NCBI GenBank assembly: GCA_943704425.1
Contig: CALSCP010000774.1
Location: forward strand, 62,001 to 126,000
Reading direction: 5' to 3'
DNA: 64,000 nt
DNA from: Ministeria vibrans ATCC 50519
Lineage: Eukaryota > Protista > Filasterea
Positions 59,701 through 64,000 of this stretch are shown one piece after another. A model generated the notes under the pieces. The model saw only the letters and a program-made list of their open reading frames with translations, did not search any database and was not told the DNA's origin. A program made the translations under genes and the position numbers. Numbering within the stretch: position 1 is the first letter of the stretch; the number at the start of each line of letters is the position of its first letter.

Positions 59701-62700
59701 TGCAGTTGCCAACAAGCACATCGCAGAACGCCCCTGTCCATGGAGCAATACACACACAAGAAAAGGCACTACCCGATTCAACACAGGTGGCGCCATTGCT
59801 ACACGGTTGAGAACCACAGGGAGACGAGACGGGTGTGGTGCAGTGAGCACCAACAAAACCGGCGGTGCACGCGCAGGCGAAACTCGCAATTCCATCGCTG
59901 CAGGTACCGCCATTTTGACACGGTGACGACGCGCACTCGTTTGTATTACGCTCGCACTGAGTGCCTTCAAAGCCGCTGGCACACATGCACCTAAATGACA
60001 CGCCATTGTTGGCACACGTTCCCGAGTTGCGACACGGATTGGAACTGCAAGGAATCGGTCCAGGTGTTTCACACATCATCCCGGTAAATCCGCCGGCACA
60101 AACACACACAAACGCATACACTCCGTCCGTACACGTCGCCCCGTTCAAACACGGCACGGACGCACACTCATCCGTGTTGGTCTCGCACTGCACACCCTCA
60201 TACNNNNNNNNNNNNNNNNNNNNNNNNNNNNNNNNNNNNNNNNNNNNNNNNNNNNNNNNNNNNNNNNNNNNNNNNNNNNNNNNNNNNNNNNNNNNNNNNN
60301 GCCGGCACAACCACACACAAACGCATACACTCCGTCCGTACACGTCGCCCCGTTCAAACACGGCACGGACGCACACTCATCCGTGTTGGTCTCGCACTGC
60401 ACACCCTCATACCCAGCAACACATCCGCACGAGTATGTTCCCGTCGTTCCTTCACTGCACGTCGCCCCATTCTGGCACGGCGACGAAGCACACTCATCAA
60501 TGTCGCTTCCGCACTCCGAGCCGGTGCGACCCGCAGAGCACACACATCGATAGTCGGCAATCTGATTTACGCATGTGCCCGCATTCAGACAAGGCGACGC
60601 CGCACAAAAGTCTGTCGTCCCCTCGCAATGCAGTCCGTAAAATCCACTCACACACGTACACACGTACCCTGCAGTCCCGTCCACGCATGTTCCGCCATTC
60701 TGACACGCCGACGACGCACACTCGTCAATATTCGTCTCGCACACGTCCCCAGTGAACCCATCGGCACACACACACGAGTACGAGCCGATCTCGTCCACGC
60801 ACGTTCCGCCACTCGCGCACGGCGACGATGCACACTCGTCTGTGTTTGTCTCACACAACGTCCCTTCGTAGCCCACAGGGCACACACACCGGAACCCCGC
60901 CACTTCGTTCACACACGTGCTGCCCGACTCACACGCTGCAGACGCACAAAAGTCCGTCGTCCCTTCGCACGCCAGACCGAAGAATCCACTCGCACATGCA
61001 CACACGTACCCATTGCTTCCATCCGAACATACCCCACCACTCTGGCACGGCGACGATGCACACTCATCGATGTTCGTCTCGCACACGTCCCCAGTAAAGC
61101 CGGAAGCGCACACACACGAGTGCGAGGCGATCTCATCCATGCACGTTCCACCACTCGCGCACGGCGACGACGCACACTCATCAATGTTCGTGCCGCACGT
61201 GGCACCGTTGAATCCTTCAATGCAGCCGCACATGAACTCACCGTCCGCATCCGTACAAGTTGCACCGTTCTCACATGGCGACGAAGCACACTCGTCGACG
61301 TCGCTCTCACATGTCAAGCCGGTCTTTCCCGCCACGCATATGCAATTGAACGTCATCACCTCGTCCACACACGTCGCACTCGATGCACACGGACTGGACG
61401 AGCAATAGTCGGTGTCGCCCTCGCACAATACGCCAAAGTAGCCTGACGCACACACGCACGAGTATGTTCCCGTCGTTCCTTCACTGCACGTCGCCCCATT
61501 CTGGCACGGCGACGAAGCACACTCGTCAATGTCGCTCTCGCACACATCCCCGACAAACCCGTCGGCACAACCACACACAAACGCATCCACTCCGTCCGTA
61601 CACGTCGCCCCGTTCAAACACGGCACGGACGCACACTCATCCGTGTTGGTCTCGCACTGCACACCCTCATACCCAGCAACACATCCGCACGAGTATGTTC
61701 CCGTCGTTCCTTCACTGCACGTCGCCCCATTCTGGCACGGCGACGAAGCACACTCATCAATGTCGCTTCCGCACTCCGAGCCGGTGCGACCCGCAGAGCA
61801 CACACATCGATAGTCGGCAATCTGATTTACGCATGTGCCCGCATTCAGACAAGGCGACGCCGCACAAAAGTCTGTCGTCCCCTCGCAATGCAGTCCGTAA
61901 AATCCACTCACACACGTACACACGTACCCTGCAGTCCCGTCCACGCATGTTCCGCCATTCTGACACGCCGACGACGCACACTCGTCAATATTCGTCTCGC
62001 ACACGTCCCCAGTGAACCCATCGGCACACACACACGAGTACGAGCCGATCTCGTCCACGCACGTTCCGCCACTCGCGCACGGCGACGATGCACACTCGTC
62101 TGTGTTTGTCTCACACAACGTCCCTTCGTAGCCCACAGGGCACACACACCGAAACCCCGCCACTTCGTTCACACACGTGCTGCCCGACTCACACGCTGCA
62201 GACGCACAAAAGTCCGTCGTCCCTTCGCACGCCAGACCGAAGAATCCACTCGCACATGCACACACGTACCCATTGCTTCCATCCGAACATACCCCACCAC
62301 TCTGGCACGGCGACGATGCACACTCATCGATGTTCGTCTCGCACACGTCCCCAGTAAAACCGGAAGCGCACACACACGAGTGCGAGGCGATCTCATCCAT
62401 GCACGTTCCACCACTCGCGCACGGCGACGACGCACACTCATCAATGTTCGTGCCGCACGTGGCACCGTTGAATCCTTCAATGCAGCCGCACATGAACTCA
62501 CCGTCCGCATCCGTACAAGTTGCACCGTTCTCACATGGCGACGAAGCACACTCGTCGACTTCGCTACACACGTCCCCGACAAACCCGTTGGCACAAACAC
62601 ACACAAACGTAGCTACTCCGTCTGTACACGTCGCCCCATTCGCGCACGGGGCGGATGCGCATTCATCAACGTCTGTTTCGCATGTCACGCCTGCGTAGCC

Positions 62701-64000
62701 AGAGGCACAGGAACACGTAAAGTTTGTTACGTGATCAGTGCAAGCCCCGTTGTTCAGACAAGGAGACGACGCGCAGTAGTCATGGTCACCCTCACACGAG
62801 TCACCAAAGTAGCCTAGAGGGCAGGCACAGTTGAATCGTCCAGGTGCGTCGCTACAAACGCCACCGTTGAGGCAGGGCGCAGAGACACACTCGTCAATGT
62901 CCGTTTCGCACACAACTCCAGCAAAGCCAGTCGCACAAAGACAGGAGAATCCGTCTACAAGGTCCACGCATGTAGCACCATGCTGACACCCCGACGAGGC
63001 GCATTCGTCAATGTTACTCTCACACGCACTGCCAGAATATCCCGCCACGCACGTACAAAGTGCCCCAGCACCAACATCTTCAAAACAGGTGCCTCCATTT
63101 GCGCAAGGTTCGGACGCGCACACGTCCAAATGTGTTTCACAAGTGGCACCAGTGTAAAGAGCGTTGCAAGAGCATGTGTACGAGGCGGCGCCGCCAACGT
63201 CCATGACACATATGCCACCATTGAGGCACGGTGACGAGAAGCACTCCTCAAGCTGAGTCTCGCACAGCACACCGCTAAACGACGCCGCACACACACACGT
63301 AAACTGGTTGTTGCCGTCGACGCAGGTGGCGCCGTTAAGACACGGTGTGGAAGCGCACTCGATAATATCATTTTCACAGGCAAGACCTGTGCGTCCCGCA
63401 ACACAGGCGCAGGTGTAGCCTCCTTGCAGCTCCGTGCAGGTACCGCCACTGACGCAAGGTGATGAAGCACACTCAAGAACCTCACTCTCGCACAAGACAC
63501 CCACAAACCCATCGATACAGAGACACAGATGATTGTTCACCATGTTGGCACAGGTAGCGCCGTTCAGACACGGGAACGAGGCACATTCGTCAATGTCTTC
63601 GCCACACTGGACTCCGGTGTAGCCACCGGCACAGGTACAGGTGTAGCCAAATTGTGCTCCTTCGGTGCAAGTTGCGCCATTCTGACAGGGAGACGAGGCA
63701 CACTCGTCAAGCACTGGATAAATGCAATGGAAGGTAGTCGCATTGTTGACGCACGTTGCCACGCCGTGACATGGGTACGAAAGACAGTAGTCGGGATGTT
63801 CACATTGCTGGCCGGCAAAGCCTATTGGGCAACCGCATGAGTAGCTCGAGCCACTCTCGCTGCACGTGCCACCGTTGGCACAGGGTGAGGAATCACAGTC
63901 AATGGAGTGCTCGCACACATCACCATGGTAGTCAGTGGTACATAAGCAAAGGTAACCATCAATCTCATCAATGCACGTGCCATTGTTCAGACACTCAATA
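56762..64000 (-). CDS. Giant EGF-repeat single-pass membrane protein (5' partial; spans an N gap)
   Basis: Roughly 50+ tandem EGF/Ca-binding EGF repeats (DECASSPC.NG.TC), TM LIVVIAALCIVLLLVLLFLVV followed by RRRR, and a Tyr-rich cytoplasmic tail of about 310 aa. No LNR or ankyrin repeats. Confidence 0.92.
60301..62559. repeat. Near-identical 1 kb direct repeat (offset 1260 bp) inside the EGF array
   Basis: About 60302-61299 matches about 61562-62559 with only a few substitutions. Identical ORF translations occur at a 1260 bp offset. Confidence 0.92.

Noticed and set aside
56762-64000. Notch or Delta ortholog
   Set aside because: No LNR/NOD or ankyrin repeats around the TM; the N-terminus (possible DSL) is outside the window.

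Overview
Compact, intron-rich eukaryotic DNA: about 21 protein-coding genes in 64 kb, GC-rich exons, AT- and microsatellite-rich introns and spacers, and several N gaps. The gene content (RalGAP-alpha, type II DGK, ARMC1, MTFR, Brambleberry-type GEX1/KAR5, giant EGF receptor with Tyr-rich tail) suggests a compact-genome holozoan, probably a unicellular relative of animals; this is inference. Genes in order: G-alpha (3' partial), PNPLA6/NTE, MGRN1/RNF157, type II DGK, paraoxonase, EF-hand two-pore K+ channel, MKRN2OS-like, secreted GH63/trehalase-like hydrolase, NUDT16-like, FMC1, SYLF protein, Brambleberry/GEX1, GT8, PEX10, RALGAPA, ZIP transporter, ARMC1, MTFR1-like, cystatin-like/EEP fusion, two divergent ABCG half-transporters, and a >50-EGF-repeat single-pass receptor (5' partial). 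Highlights: a head-to-head ARMC1-MTFR pair matching the human arrangement, a karyogamy gene, an ABCG5/8-like divergent ABCG pair, a dispersed orientation-independent intronic repeat tied to (GA)n tracts, a MITE-like inverted repeat, GC-AG introns, and internal expansion of the EGF array. Gene models were spliced by eye and family calls come from recalled motifs, not database searches.
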